In this document: positions 1 to 10,918 of the stretch, piece by piece
Layout: every line of letters begins with the position of its first letter
How positions within the stretch are numbered: the stretch's first letter is position 1
Origin: Coriobacteriaceae bacterium
GTDB lineage: Bacteria; Actinomycetota; Coriobacteriia; Coriobacteriales; UMGS124
Reading direction: 5' to 3'
Length of the DNA stretch: 64,000 bases
Assembly (NCBI GenBank): GCA_019421015.1
Contig: JAHZGC010000002.1
Coordinates: forward strand, 156,436-220,435
Translations under genes and position numbers: made by a program
Notes under the pieces: generated by a model
What the model was told of the DNA's origin: nothing
Databases searched by the model: none
Seen by the model: only the letters and a program-made list of their open reading frames with translations

Positions 1-1
1 G

Positions 2-1360
2 TACCAACGCCACGGCTACCTTGCGGACAGCGCGGCTCTCTCTGAGATCGAGCGGGCGCAGTTCGGGCGAGTACTGAGAAAAGAGGGGGTTTACGACGAC
101 GTGGCCTCCTCCCTGCGTCAGCTGACCCTCTACCTGCGCAAACACCACAACCGCAACGCGGTGGTCCTGATCGACGAGTACGATGCGCCGATCATGGCCG
201 CCCACACCTACGGTTACTACCGCGAGGCGGTGGGCTTTATCAAGGGCTGGCTCACCGGCGCCCTCAAGGACGGCGGGGCCGCCCTGGAGTTCGCCTGCCT
301 CACCGGCGTGCAGCGCATCGCCAAGGAGTCGATCTTCTCGGACCTCAACAACATCACGGTCGACACGCCGCTCGACACCGAGAGCGACGAGCGCTTTGGG
401 TTCACCCGGGGCGAGGTGGCGGCCCTGGCCGACTACCTGGGCCACCCCCACCGCTATGGCGAGGTGCGCGAGTGGTACGACGGCTACCGCTTCGGCGACG
501 CCGACATCTACAACCCCTGGAGCGTGCTCAACTACTTCTCGAAGCGCTGCCGGCCCGACGTGTACTGGGCCAACACCGCCAGCAACGCCGTGGTGGCCGA
601 CGCCGTGCGCGCTTCTAACGGTGCGGGGTTTCGAGACGTCTGTCGGCTGCTCCAGCCCGGGGGGACCATTGCACGCCCCCTCGACATGGAGGTCGTGTTT
701 CCCGAGTCGGGGGCCACGGGCGACATACTGTGGAGCATGCTGTACCTGGCCGGATATCTCACGACGGACGATATCGAGTCGCCGGGAGACCGCTACCGCG
801 TGCGCAGGCTGCGTATCCCCAATAAAGAGATCGCGCAGGTGTTTCGCGGTGAGGTGATCGAGCGGTTCAGGGAGGTGGCCGGGGGTGCCGGCCGCCTCCT
901 TGAGCTTCACGAGGTCCTGGTGGCCGGCGACGCCGCGGTGGTGGAGGCCGAGCTCGCGCGCATCCTTGCAACGAGCCCCAGCGTGCGCGACCTCGTAAGG
1001 GAGAACAGCTACCACATGCTCATGACTGGCCTGCTCTTTGGCGTGCCGGGCTACGGCGACCCGCGCTCGAACCGCGAGGAGGGGCGCGGCTACTACGACC
1101 TGCGGATCGCTCCCGAGGGGCAGGGCGGGCGACCGGTGTTGGAGGATCTCCCGGTTATCACTGTCGAGCTCAAGGTGCTGGGCCGCTCCGACGCGCCCCA
1201 AGATGGGGAGGCGCTGACCGCGCGCTTGGCAGAGGTGGCCCGCGAGGGGTTGGACCAGATCAACCGGCAGCGTTACGACTGCGAGGCGCCCGGAGGGTGC
1301 TTGCGCTACGGCGTGGCGTTCTGCGGGAAAGATGTCGCGGTGGCGTGCGCGTGGGGGTAG
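2..1360 (+). CDS. AAA-ATPase-like / PD-(D/E)XK (PDDEXK_9-type) family protein; 5' end lies outside the window
   Basis: Frame 2 is open from nt 2 (YQRHGYLADSAAL...). It aligns collinearly with the internal and C-terminal part of the paralog at 55026..56822. Shared blocks are VVLIDEYDAP, GVQRIAKESIFSDLNN, YDGYRFGDADIYNPWSVLNYF and the VITVELKVL tail. The ORF track shows only the part from the annotated ORF start at nt 101. Confidence 0.85.
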   Translation, partial: YQRHGYLADSAALSEIERAQFGRVLRKEGVYDDVASSLRQLTLYLRKHHNRNAVVLIDEYDAPIMAAHTYGYYREAVGFIKGWLTGALKDGGAALEFACLTGVQRIAKESIFSDLNNITVDTPLDTESDERFGFTRGEVAALADYLGHPHRYGEVREWYDGYRFGDADIYNPWSVLNYFSKRCRPDVYWANTASNAVVADAVRASNGAGFRDVCRLLQPGGTIARPLDMEVVFPESGATGDILWSMLYLAGYLTTDDIESPGDRYRVRRLRIPNKEIAQVFRGEVIERFREVAGGAGRLLELHEVLVAGDAAVVEAELARILATSPSVRDLVRENSYHMLMTGLLFGVPGYGDPRSNREEGRGYYDLRIAPEGQGGRPVLEDLPVITVELKVLGRSDAPQDGEALTARLAEVAREGLDQINRQRYDCEAPGGCLRYGVAFCGKDVAVACAWG

Positions 1361-1758
1361 GGGGCCGGAGCTTCGAGTGAAACATCGGGCCGCCCGGGGC
1401 GAGTTTGAGTACCTGCCCCGGACACCAGGTCGACGTCGAGGCTGCTGGCGGCCACGATTTCGCCGGGCACCTGGTCGATGGCGCGGGTGCCGAAGTTCTC
1501 CACCTCGTTGTGGGAGGCCACGGTCACGTCGGTGATCTTGTCGCCGGCGATCTCGATCACGAACTCCATCGGGCCGTTGATTCCCAGGCGCGTGACCTCG
1601 TAGGTGCCGTCGGCGCAGCCCTGGGGGCCGTAGGTGGGCTTGCGGTCCTCCGGCCAGTTGTAGGTGGCGTCCTTGGCCTCCCGGTTGGCCATGCTGATCT
1701 CGACGGCATACTCGGGGAGCTCGGTGCCCACGAAGTCCGTGATGCGGTTGGACGACAT
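1306..1758 (-). pseudogene. FMN-binding (FMN_bind) domain fragment; probable relic of the N-terminal module of a Tat flavoprotein reductase
   Basis: The block VTVASHNEVENFGTRAIDQVPGEIVAASSLDVDLVSGAG matches the FMN_bind pattern, as in the 28914..30758 protein. There is no signal peptide and no following FAD domain. Similarity stops at about nt 1400, and the frame then runs 55 nt into the convergent CDS. Confidence 0.5.
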
Positions 1759-1814
1759 GCGCTCGATGGAGCTCCAGACGCTTTCCGAGCGACCTGCGCT
1801 CGGCGCTGCTCTAC

Positions 1815-2950
1815 GTGGGCCTCGCCTGCGGTCTGGCGGCCTTGGTGACCTGGGGGCTGGGGAGCTTGCCGTCTGTGGCGGTGGTCGAGGCGGCAGTTGC
1901 GATGGCGGCCGCGGGCGCGTTCGTTCCGGCTGTGCTGGCACCCGGGCCGAGGACGGACGGGGCGTCTCCTGTGGCGGCGTCCCCTGCCGGGGGTGTCGAT
2001 CCCGCTGGGGATGCCGGAGCGGTTGGGGGTTCTGTCGGCTTGGACGCCGGGCACGCTGGCGGCCTGGACACCCCTGCGGACGTCGCCAGCGCCCCTTCTA
2101 CGCACGGGCGCTTGAAACGGACCCTGGGTCTGGTGCGTAACCTGCTCTCGATCGTGTTGCTGCCGTTCCTTGGCTTTCTGACCTTTGTGTTCATCACGGG
2201 CGGCTATCGGTTTCCCGCAGGCCTGACGGCCGTGGACACCGAGACCACCGGTGCGCTGCTGGCCGTGACGGTGGTGCTTGCGGTATGCCTGCCGCGTTAC
2301 CGCACACCGCTTGCCCTCATAGTCGAGAAGATCGCGGTGCCTGCCTGCGTGGCATGCTCGATCGTGCTGGGGAGCTTCCCAAACAACACGCCCTTGTTCC
2401 TGGCGGGTGCGGCGAGCGTGTTCGCGCCCCTGATCTTCATGGGGGTCTATGCGGGGGCGTTGTTCGCGGTAGTCTCGAAGGGCGACGAGTTCCCGTCGGC
2501 GTTTGCGGTGGGGGTGGCGCTGTTCTTGGCCTGCACGGTCTCCACCCTGGGCGTCACGGTGTCGACGGTGGCTCGGGTCGACCTGGGCCCGTGGGCCTGG
2601 GTGGTGATCTGCGCTTACTTTGGCCTGGTTATCGTGGACCTCGGCGTCGCGTCGTGGCGGCGCATCGTGCACCCTGCGTCCGAAGGGGTGGCCGGGTTGC
2701 CGGCGGATACCGAGGACCAGGTAGACGCCGAGAGCAAAGTGGAGCGTCGTGTGCAGGGGCTCGTTCGATCGTGCGGCCTCTCGGTGCGCGAGGGCGAGAT
2801 CCTGGGCTACCTGGCCCGCGGCTACAACTCGACCTACATTGCAAGGCGCTGTTCATCTCGGCCAACACGGTGCGCTCCCACATCTACAACCTCTACCGCA
2901 AGCTGGGGGTGACTTCGCGGGCGGAGCTGCTGGAGCTGGTGAACGGGTAG
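1815..2950 (+). pseudogene. Membrane-anchored LuxR-family regulator, frameshifted inside the HTH
   Basis: The multi-TM N-terminal region ends in ...LSVREGEILGYLARGYNSTYIA. The rest of the HTH (KALFISANTVRSHIYNLYRKLGVTSRAELLELVNG) is in the next frame (ORF 2285..2950). There is a 1-nt shift at about 2841-2846. The true start is uncertain and may be TTG 2112. Confidence 0.7.
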
Positions 2951-3021
2951 GAGAGGTGGGGGAGGCCCGGTCGCCTTCGGAGACGGGATCTAACCGTCCT
3001 CGGGGGGACAAGCCCGGCTCC

Positions 3022-3212
3022 GGACAAGATGGCGACTTTCTCGACCGATTGGGGTTCTCGAGGGCGGCCTGTGGACGAGACCGCGACTTTCTCGACCGGT
3101 TCTAGCCCTGACCGCGTTGGGGTCCTGTAGGTGCGCTCTTTCTACCTGCGGTGTTGTTGTGCGGTCTCACGACTCGCCTACGGAGTTGGTCGAGAAAGTC
3201 GTGGTTTTGTCC
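3022..3212. repeat. Three copies of a 25-nt unit GGAC(R)A(R)A-N5-GACTTTCTCGACC (two direct, one inverted)
   Basis: The copies are ggacaagatggcgactttctcgacc (3022-3046), ggacgagaccgcgactttctcgacc (3073-3097), and the reverse complement of 3188-3212, which reads ggacaaaaccacgactttctcgacc. Confidence 0.8.
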
Positions 3213-3268
3213 GCCGGGCGATTGGCCCACGGGCGATTGACCCGCCCCGCCTCGCCGGAGGCGGCCCT

Positions 3269-3523
3269 TTATACCAGCTCGCCCACCGTTACCGAGCACC
3301 CGTCCCGGATGCCCGCGGGCACGGGCTCGTCGAAGGCATGGGAGCGCGGCGCGATGTTCTCGCCATCGAACCAGTAGGCCGTGGTACGCCCCGCCATGGG
3401 GTCGACAACCCAGTACTCGCGCACGCCCGCGTTCTCGTAGCGCCCGAGCTTGCGGATGTAGCCTCGGCGGCGGGTGGAGGGGGAGACGACCTCGGCCATC
3501 AGGTCGGGAGCTCCCTCACGGCC
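3269..3523 (-). pseudogene. Uma2/DUF820-family endonuclease, C-terminal fragment only
   Basis: PDLMAEVVSPSTRRRGYIRKLGRYENAGVREYWVVDP matches the Uma2 core motif. The N-terminal half is missing and the upstream part of the ORF is not protein-like. Confidence 0.55.
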
Positions 3524-3538
3524 GAACCAAAAATGGGC

Positions 3539-3653
3539 CCCGGGCGGAGAGACCCGGGGCCCCAGGAGAGGGAGGCAAGAGAAGAGGCGGCCGTCCGTTC
3601 CCTGGGGGTTGGGGGCCGGCGGAGAAGCCGGCCCCCACAGGAGAGGGAGGCAA
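3539..3653. repeat. About 75-bp tandem duplication; each copy is a GC hairpin followed by CAGGAGAGGGAGGCAA
   Basis: The 16-mer caggagagggaggcaa occurs at 3563-3578 and 3638-3653. Each copy is preceded by a GC-rich inverted repeat, for example gggggccgg-cggagaag-ccggccccc at 3611-3636. Confidence 0.7.
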
Positions 3654-3907
3654 ACCAATGCCGCGCGGTGCTCGGAAGATGCGCTCGTGTGGTATGTCGG
3701 TGCGCTGGCTCCTTGCGACGATGAGAAGAATACCCGATGGGTCCTGTGGTGTCAACCAAGGCTAACAACCGATGAGAAACAAAGGTTAACCTTGCATAAC
3801 TTCTTCACATCCAGCTTGACGAGCGGGGAATGTATGGCGAGGCGCGGTCTCGTTGCGGAAAGCGCCGTCGCGCTTGCGGCTGCGACGGCGGTCGGCGTTG
3901 CGCGTGC

Positions 3908-4193
3908 CCGCGACGGCCCTGCCTGGCACCAAACCTTCGTTGTGTAAGGGCGACGTGCCCCAAATGGCACCAAATTCGAGTTGTGAAACTGTCGGAAGGC
4001 GCGACCGCCCGCTTTGGTCAGCAGACGATTTACACAACCCGGGTTTGGTGCCATTCTCATCCATCGACTCTTACATAACGGGAGTTTGGTGCCATTCTCT
4101 GGCCAGCTCTTTTACACAACGGGAGTTCGGTGCCAACCATGGCCGTCGGTTCTTGCGCAACTCCGATTTGGTGCCATCCGGACTCCCCATGCT
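3908..4193. repeat. 41-bp-periodic array of a 24-nt unit TTACACAAC-N5-TTTGGTGCCA; two inverted copies then four direct copies
   Basis: Reverse units lie at 3924-3947 and 3965-3988. Forward units lie at 4030-4053, 4071-4094, 4112-4135 and 4153-4176. Spacing is exactly 41 bp within each arm, with variable 17-nt spacers. Confidence 0.85.
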
Positions 4194-4251
4194 CGGCTCG
4201 CCCACGGGGCGTTTCGCCATTGGGCCCGGCCCCCGCCGCCGGTCCGGGCCT

Positions 4252-4296
4252 TCTCCAAAACGCGGGAGGGCCCGCGGTCGTCCCGAGGGCCCTCCC
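4252..4296 (-). terminator. Intrinsic terminator downstream of the ABC operon
   Basis: A 10-bp stem (GGGAGGGCCC / GGGCCCTCCC, 4264-4273 and 4287-4296) is followed on the minus strand by GCGTTTTGG. It lies 52 nt after the stop of the last ATPase gene. Confidence 0.6.
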
Positions 4297-4347
4297 ATCG
4301 CGTTCGCGTTCTGTGCGTGCCGGTGCTACCTGCTTAAGCCGCTCGCC

Positions 4348-5423
4348 CTACCCCAGCGGGTGGTGGCAGGCAACCATGTGGCCGCCGCCGAGGTCGCGCA
4401 GCTCGGGGCTCTCCTGCTTGCAGACCTCGGTGCAGTAGGGGCACCGAGGGTGGAAGCGGCAGCCGCTCGGCAGGTTGATGGGGCTCGGCAGCTCGCCCAG
4501 CACGGCGGCCTTCTTCTCGTCGGCGCGGTCGGCCTCCATGGAGGGGGCGGCGGCCAGCAGGACGTTGGTGTAGGGGTGGCGCGGGTTGTCGTAGAGGGCC
4601 TCGGTGTCGGCGGTCTCGACCATGCTGCCCAGGTACATCACGGCCACGCGGTCGCTGATGTAGCGCACCACGCGCAGGTCGTGGCTGATGAACAGGATCG
4701 AGAGGCCCAGCTTGTCCTGCAGGTCGATGAGCAGGTTGATGATCTGGGCCTGGATCGACACGTCCAGGGCCGAGACCGGCTCGTCGGCGATGATCAGTTT
4801 GGGCTGCACAGCCAGGGCACGGGCGATGCCGATGCGCTGGCGCTGGCCGCCGCTGAACGCGCTGGGCAGGCGCTCGGCGTGCTCCTCCGAGAGGCCTACG
4901 AGCTCCAACAGCTCGGAGATACGCTTGTCGACTTCGGCCTTGGGGCACATCTTGTGGTGGAGCAGCTCCTCGCGCAGCACCTGGCGCACGGTCATGCGCG
5001 GGTTCAGCGACGAGTAGGGGTCCTGGAAGATCATCTGGATGTCTTTGCAGCGGTCGCGCAGCTCCTTCTTGGTGAGCTCCGAGAAGTTGGTGCCGGCAAA
5101 GACCACGCGCCCGGCGGTCGGGCGGTACAGGTTGATGACCGTGCGGGCCAGCGTGGACTTGCCGCAGCCCGACTCGCCCACCAGGCCCAGGGTCTCGCCC
5201 TCGTTCAGGGTGAACGACACGTTGTCGACGGCGGTGAGCTTTTGCTTGGGCCTGCGCAGGATGGCGTCGAACACCGTGTGCTTGAGGGGGAAGCTCTTGC
5301 TGAGCTGGCTCACCTCGAGCAGGGTCCGGGGCTTCTCCGCCGCCTCGGGGTCGGCTTTTTTGGGGTCGACGCTCAGGTCGTCGACCTCGAGCAGCACATC
5401 GTCTTTCATGGACTGCTGGGTCA

Positions 5424-5424
<1 letters not shown>
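4348..5424 (-). CDS. ABC transporter ATP-binding protein, OppF/DppF type
   Basis: Walker A is GESGCGKST, the signature is FSGGQRQR, and Walker B is LIIADEPVSALD. The oligopeptide C-terminal Cys motif is GCRFHPRCPY. The start MTQQSM at 5424 overlaps the upstream stop (TAATG). The 1013-aa ORF in the track is a read-through artefact. Confidence 0.92.
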
Positions 5425-6485
<1,061 letters not shown>

Positions 6486-6497
6486 GGGTGTCTCCTC

Positions 6498-7379
6498 CTA
6501 ATCCTTGGTCCGCAGCAGGTCGTTGAGGCCGTCGCCCAGAAGCGAGAAGCCCAGGCCCACGACGGCCATGACCACGCCGGGCATCGTCGAAATCCACCAG
6601 TACCCGCCGGTGATGAACGACTTGCCGTTGCTGATGATGGCGCCCCACTCGGGGGTGTTCGGCGGCACGCCGAGGCCCAGGAAGCTCATGGAGGCCGCGG
6701 TCATGATGCACATGACGATGTCGGAGGCGGCGTAGACCACCGAGCTCGAGATGACGTTGGGCAGGATGTGGCGCATGATGATCGAGAAGTCGCTGTAGCC
6801 CAGGGTCTTGGCGGCCTGCACGTACTCGGAGTTCTTGGCGATGAGGACCTCGGAGCGCACGAGGCGCGTGTAGGGCGGCCAGCTCACGATCCACATGGCG
6901 ATGAGCAGGTTCATGACGCCGTTGCCCAGGATGGCCACGATGGCGATGGCCAGGACCATGAAGGGGAACGCCACAAAGATGTCGAGGATGCGCATGATGA
7001 TGGCGTCGAGCTTGCCGCCGTAGTAGCCGGCGATGAGGCCGAGCAGCGAGCCGAGCACAAAGGGCAGGGCCACCGAGCCCAGGCCGATGAGCAGGTCGAG
7101 GCGCGTGGCGTGGATCACCAACGTGTAGATGTCGCGGCCGTAGTTGTCGGTGCCGAACCAGTGCTCGGCGCTCGGCGGCTGGAGCATGGCCAAGAAGTCC
7201 ATGGCCGTGGGGTCGCCCGGGGCGAACACGTTCGGGAAGGCGGCCACCAGGCAGGTGAGCGCAACGAGCACGACGCCTACGAGCAGGCTGGGGCTGCGGC
7301 GCCACACCGAGATCTTCTTGGGCTTGTAGGCCGGAGCGGCCGGGGCAGGGGCCGCGGCGACGGTAGCGGTGTCGCTCAT
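6498..7379 (-). CDS. ABC transporter permease, OppC/DppC type
   Basis: This is a multi-TM protein with a BPD_transp_1-like core (SEYVQAAKTLGYSDFSIIMRHILPN). It overlaps the upstream permease gene by 4 nt. Confidence 0.9.
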   Translation of the reverse strand: MSDTATVAAAPAPAAPAYKPKKISVWRRSPSLLVGVVLVALTCLVAAFPNVFAPGDPTAMDFLAMLQPPSAEHWFGTDNYGRDIYTLVIHATRLDLLIGLGSVALPFVLGSLLGLIAGYYGGKLDAIIMRILDIFVAFPFMVLAIAIVAILGNGVMNLLIAMWIVSWPPYTRLVRSEVLIAKNSEYVQAAKTLGYSDFSIIMRHILPNVISSSVVYAASDIVMCIMTAASMSFLGLGVPPNTPEWGAIISNGKSFITGGYWWISTMPGVVMAVVGLGFSLLGDGLNDLLRTKD

Positions 7380-8329
7380 GCCTCGTCACCTCCCAGCTTG
7401 ATGCGGTGGTCGAGCACCGAGTACAGGATGTCGGTCAGAAGGTTCACCACGAGGGTGATGATCACAAAGACGAGCACGCAGGTCTGGACCACGGCGTAGT
7501 CGCGGCCGGTGACCGCCTGGACGAGCAGGGCGCCGATGCCCGGCAGGCCAAAGATGTTCTCGATGATCACCGAGCCCGAGAGCATGCCGATGATGCGCAT
7601 CGAGAGCAGCGTGGCCGTGGGGATCAGGGCGTTGCGCAGCACGTAGCCGGTGGAGATGACCCAGCCCGAGAGGCCCTTGGAGCGGCCGAAGTCCACGTAG
7701 TCGGTGTTGCGCACGTCCACCACGTTGTTGCGCACGTTACGGATGATGACCGCGATCGAGGCGAAGGCCAGCGTGATGCCCGGCAGGACCAGGGAGTAGA
7801 GGTGCTCTCCCCAGGTCTTGCCCCAGCCCGAGACCGGGAAGAGCTGCAGGTTCACGCCAAAGATGATGAGGAGCACGAGGCCCACCCAGAACGACGGCGC
7901 CGCCAGGCCGATGAGGGCGAACAGGCGGATGATGACGTCGGGCAGCTTGTCCTTCATGGCACCGGCGATGTAGCCCAGCGGCAGCGCGATGATGACGGTG
8001 AAGACCGTCGCGGTCAGGGCCAGGCAGATGGTGGTGATCATGCGGGTGCCGACCAGGGTGCTGACCGGCTCCTTGTAGATGATCGAGGTGCCCAGGTCGC
8101 CCTGGAACATGTTCCCGACCCAAATCACGAACTGGTCCCACAGCGAGGCGTTGAGCCCCATCTTCTCTTTGAGCGCTTCGTACACTTTGGGGTCGATCTT
8201 GTCCCCGAGCGTAGCCAGGGCGGCGTCACCGGGTAATAGGCGCATAAGCAGGAATATGGCCACGACCGAGATGACGAGCACTGGAATCATCTGCAGCAGG
8301 CGCCGCAGGATATAGCGCAGCGTTTCCAC
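7376..8329 (-). CDS. ABC transporter permease, OppB/DppB type
   Basis: The N-terminus (V)ETLRYILRRLLQMIPVLVISVV is typical of OppB. The GTG start at 8329 is preceded by AGGAGGAG. The core motif is DYVDFGRSKGLSGWV. Confidence 0.88.
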   Translation of the reverse strand: METLRYILRRLLQMIPVLVISVVAIFLLMRLLPGDAALATLGDKIDPKVYEALKEKMGLNASLWDQFVIWVGNMFQGDLGTSIIYKEPVSTLVGTRMITTICLALTATVFTVIIALPLGYIAGAMKDKLPDVIIRLFALIGLAAPSFWVGLVLLIIFGVNLQLFPVSGWGKTWGEHLYSLVLPGITLAFASIAVIIRNVRNNVVDVRNTDYVDFGRSKGLSGWVISTGYVLRNALIPTATLLSMRIIGMLSGSVIIENIFGLPGIGALLVQAVTGRDYAVVQTCVLVFVIITLVVNLLTDILYSVLDHRIKLGGDEA

Positions 8330-8661
8330 CCCTCTCCTCCTTTCACTTTCTGGCGCGCCGCTGCGGAGCTGCGCGGCGCTTCCTCCCCTTGTGAGGGTCG
8401 ATTGTAACCCACCCATCGTTCAGATGAGAGGCCCACGGCATCGGGAGCGCCTCAAGGGCGCGTATGGCAATGCCGGGGGTTTCTCAGCTGACCGAAGGCA
8501 CCGCCGCACGGCTGCGTCTGCACGCGCCCTGCGGCGGCCACCCTGTCTACCCACATCGACGCGAAAGGGGCCGCGAACAACCGTAAGTCGTCCACAGCCC
8601 CCCAATTACGCTGTGTGAGAGCGGCCCCTCCTGCAGGAAGGGCCGGCGCCCGCCTGGTCGG

Positions 8662-10212
8662 TTACGCCTTGGCGAGCTCGTCGAAGCGGAAGTTGCCGAG
8701 CGGCGTCTGGATCCAGCCGGTCACGTCGTTGCGAAGTGCGTTGTTCCACGGCGTGTTGAGCAGCGGGATGAAGATGCCCTCGGAGGCGAAGCCCTGCTGG
8801 ATCTGGAAGTAGAGCTCCTTGCGCTTCTCCACGTCGATCTCGACGGTGGCCTGCTCGTTGAGGGCCACCATGTCCTCGGGCTGGTGGAAGTTGCTGTAGT
8901 AGCCGCAGTTCACGTTGAAGTCAAAGATGAACTGCATGAGCTGGGTGGGATCCTGGACGTCGTCGCTCCAGCCGGAGATGATGATGTCGAGGTCCATGGC
9001 CTTGCGGGCCTCGGAGTATGCGGTGGCCTCGCGCTGGTCGAGCTCGATGGTGACGCCGATCTGGGCCCACTGCTGGGTCAGGACCATGGCGATCTGCTCA
9101 TAGGTGGCGTTGCCGCCGCGAAGGAGCATGCGGAGCTTGAAGCCGTCGGCGTAGCCGGCCTCGGCGAGCAGGGCCTTGGCGGCCTCGACGTCGGCCACGG
9201 GCGGCTGCAGGCTCAGGTCGCAGTACTCGGAGGTGGGGTTCAGGACCGAGCCGGCGGCCGTGGCGAAGCCGTAGGAGAGGGCGTCGACGAACTGCTGGGC
9301 GTCGGTGGCCTTGAAGAGGGCCTCGCGGACCTTCTCGTTTGCCAGGTACTCGTTCTCCACGTTGAGCGAGATCCAGTAGACCATGGTCGAGGGGTCGGCC
9401 TCGGGGGTCACGTTGGGGTCGCTCTCAAGCTGCATCATGGTGGAGAAGGGCAGGTCGGTGGTGGCGTCGATGTCGCCGCCCTGGAGTTGGATGGTGCGGG
9501 CCGCGTCGTCGGCGACGACCTTGAACTCGATCTCCTCGGTCAGGGGCAGGCCCTCGAGGCGATAGTGCGGGTTGGCCTGCATGGTCAGGTACTCGCCCTT
9601 CTTCCACTCCTTGATGACGAAGGGGCCGACGCCGATGGGGCCGTCTACGTACTTCTCCTCGCCCACCTCGTCGAAGTAGGCCTTGGACTGCACGCCCAGG
9701 GTGAAGATGCAGAGGTTGGCCAAGGTGGAGGCGGCGGCGACCTTGGTGGTCACGATGACCGTGGTGTCGTCGGGGCACTCGACCTTGTCGATGTTGGCGA
9801 CGCACTCATGCCAGTTGGAGTCGGTGGTCTGCATGGCGCGATCGAAGGTCCACTGCCAGTCGTCCTTGGTGACGGGGTCGCCGTTGGAGAAGACCAGGCC
9901 CTCCTGCACGTGGAAGGTGTAGGTGGTGCCGTCCTCGGAGACCTCCCATTCGGTGGCGAGGCAGGGCTCGATGGACTCGCCGTCGTCGGAGGTCTTCACG
10001 AGACCGTCGAGGATGAGGTTGAACAGGAAGATGTTCTGGTTGCCGATGCAGGTGACCGGGTCGAGGTTGTCGGCGTCGGTGGGACGGCCGATGACGATGC
10101 GGCTGCCGGGGGTGGCTGCCTGGGCGTCAAGGGTGAGGCCGCCGAAAGCGGCGGCGCCGGCGAGGGCGGCTGCGCCCTGCAGGAACGAACGGCGGTTGAG
10201 CGTGAACTCCAT
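8662..10212 (-). CDS. ABC transporter substrate-binding protein, family 5 (peptide/nickel)
   Basis: The start MEFTLNRRSFLQGAAALAGAAAF is a twin-arginine-type signal, with AAGGAGG 6 nt upstream. The body is SBP_bac_5-like and the gene is first in the operon. Confidence 0.9.
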   Translation of the reverse strand: MEFTLNRRSFLQGAAALAGAAAFGGLTLDAQAATPGSRIVIGRPTDADNLDPVTCIGNQNIFLFNLILDGLVKTSDDGESIEPCLATEWEVSEDGTTYTFHVQEGLVFSNGDPVTKDDWQWTFDRAMQTTDSNWHECVANIDKVECPDDTTVIVTTKVAAASTLANLCIFTLGVQSKAYFDEVGEEKYVDGPIGVGPFVIKEWKKGEYLTMQANPHYRLEGLPLTEEIEFKVVADDAARTIQLQGGDIDATTDLPFSTMMQLESDPNVTPEADPSTMVYWISLNVENEYLANEKVREALFKATDAQQFVDALSYGFATAAGSVLNPTSEYCDLSLQPPVADVEAAKALLAEAGYADGFKLRMLLRGGNATYEQIAMVLTQQWAQIGVTIELDQREATAYSEARKAMDLDIIISGWSDDVQDPTQLMQFIFDFNVNCGYYSNFHQPEDMVALNEQATVEIDVEKRKELYFQIQQGFASEGIFIPLLNTPWNNALRNDVTGWIQTPLGNFRFDELAKA

Positions 10213-10496
10213 GCATGACCTCCTTGTTCGGTGCCCCGACGTCTGAGTCGGCGGGGCAGGCAAATATCCGCGCTTGAGGACGACGTGATGCGTTTGAATC
10301 CGACGGCCTATGGGAGAGCTGATGACCGAGCGTGGATAAAAAAGTATTTTGAACCTTGAATGGGCCGCATGTGAAGAAGAAGTGATGCATTTTTGCAGGT
10401 TGGAAACAAACGGCGGCTTTGGGTCGGTGGCCGGGTTTGGGATAGCTCCGAGGGGGGTAATCCGCCTGGGCCCTTGGGGGCCGGCGGATCGCGTGG

Positions 10497-10776
10497 GGAC
10501 GAGACCCTTGGGGGTCGCCGTGGGGTGGACGAGATCCTCGGGGGCGCTCCCGGGGGGACGAGATTGGGACTTTGTGACTTAGGCTGGGGTTGAGATGACA
10601 GGAACCCCCGTTTTGCGACTCACTTTTAGAGTAGCATCTAAGTAGTTTTGGTATCACCGCAGGTACAGTTTGCATCGAGCGTCGCATCGCCCTGGTATCC
10701 CGGCAAAACCGAGTCGCAAAGTCCCCATCTCTGCCGCGGCCACCCCCGGATGAGTCGCAAAGTTACGATTTCGTCC
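10497..10776. repeat. Cluster of GGACGAGAT...GACTTTGCGAC units in direct and inverted orientation
   Basis: ggacgaga starts at 10497, 10527 and 10556, a period of about 30. The unit ggacgagattgggactttgtgac is at 10556. Inverted copies gagtcgcaaagtccccatctc (10711) and gagtcgcaaagttacgatttcgtcc (10752) follow. gaacccccgttttgcgactc lies at 10602. Confidence 0.8.
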
Positions 10777-10918
10777 AGACCCGGGCTGCGGTTGCCGTCG
10801 GGGCGTTTGGTTGCGGGGGTGTTTCGGAGGCGGTATTAACCTATTCAACAGGTAGGTAATTGCGCTAAGCTACGGCCGACGATCTACGGCTGGCCCCGAC
10901 GAAAGGCAGGCATACACC

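Noticed and set aside
3908-4193. The 41-bp periodic array might be a CRISPR array.
   Set aside because: The repeats are degenerate rather than identical. The spacers are only 17 nt. The two arms are in opposite orientation. No cas genes lie in the window.
10264-10918. A SAM or other riboswitch upstream of metY.
   Set aside because: I could not recognise the conserved cores of SAM-I, SAM-IV or a T-box. The region is dominated by the GACTTTGCGAC-type repeats. A covariance-model scan (Rfam/Infernal) would be needed to exclude one.
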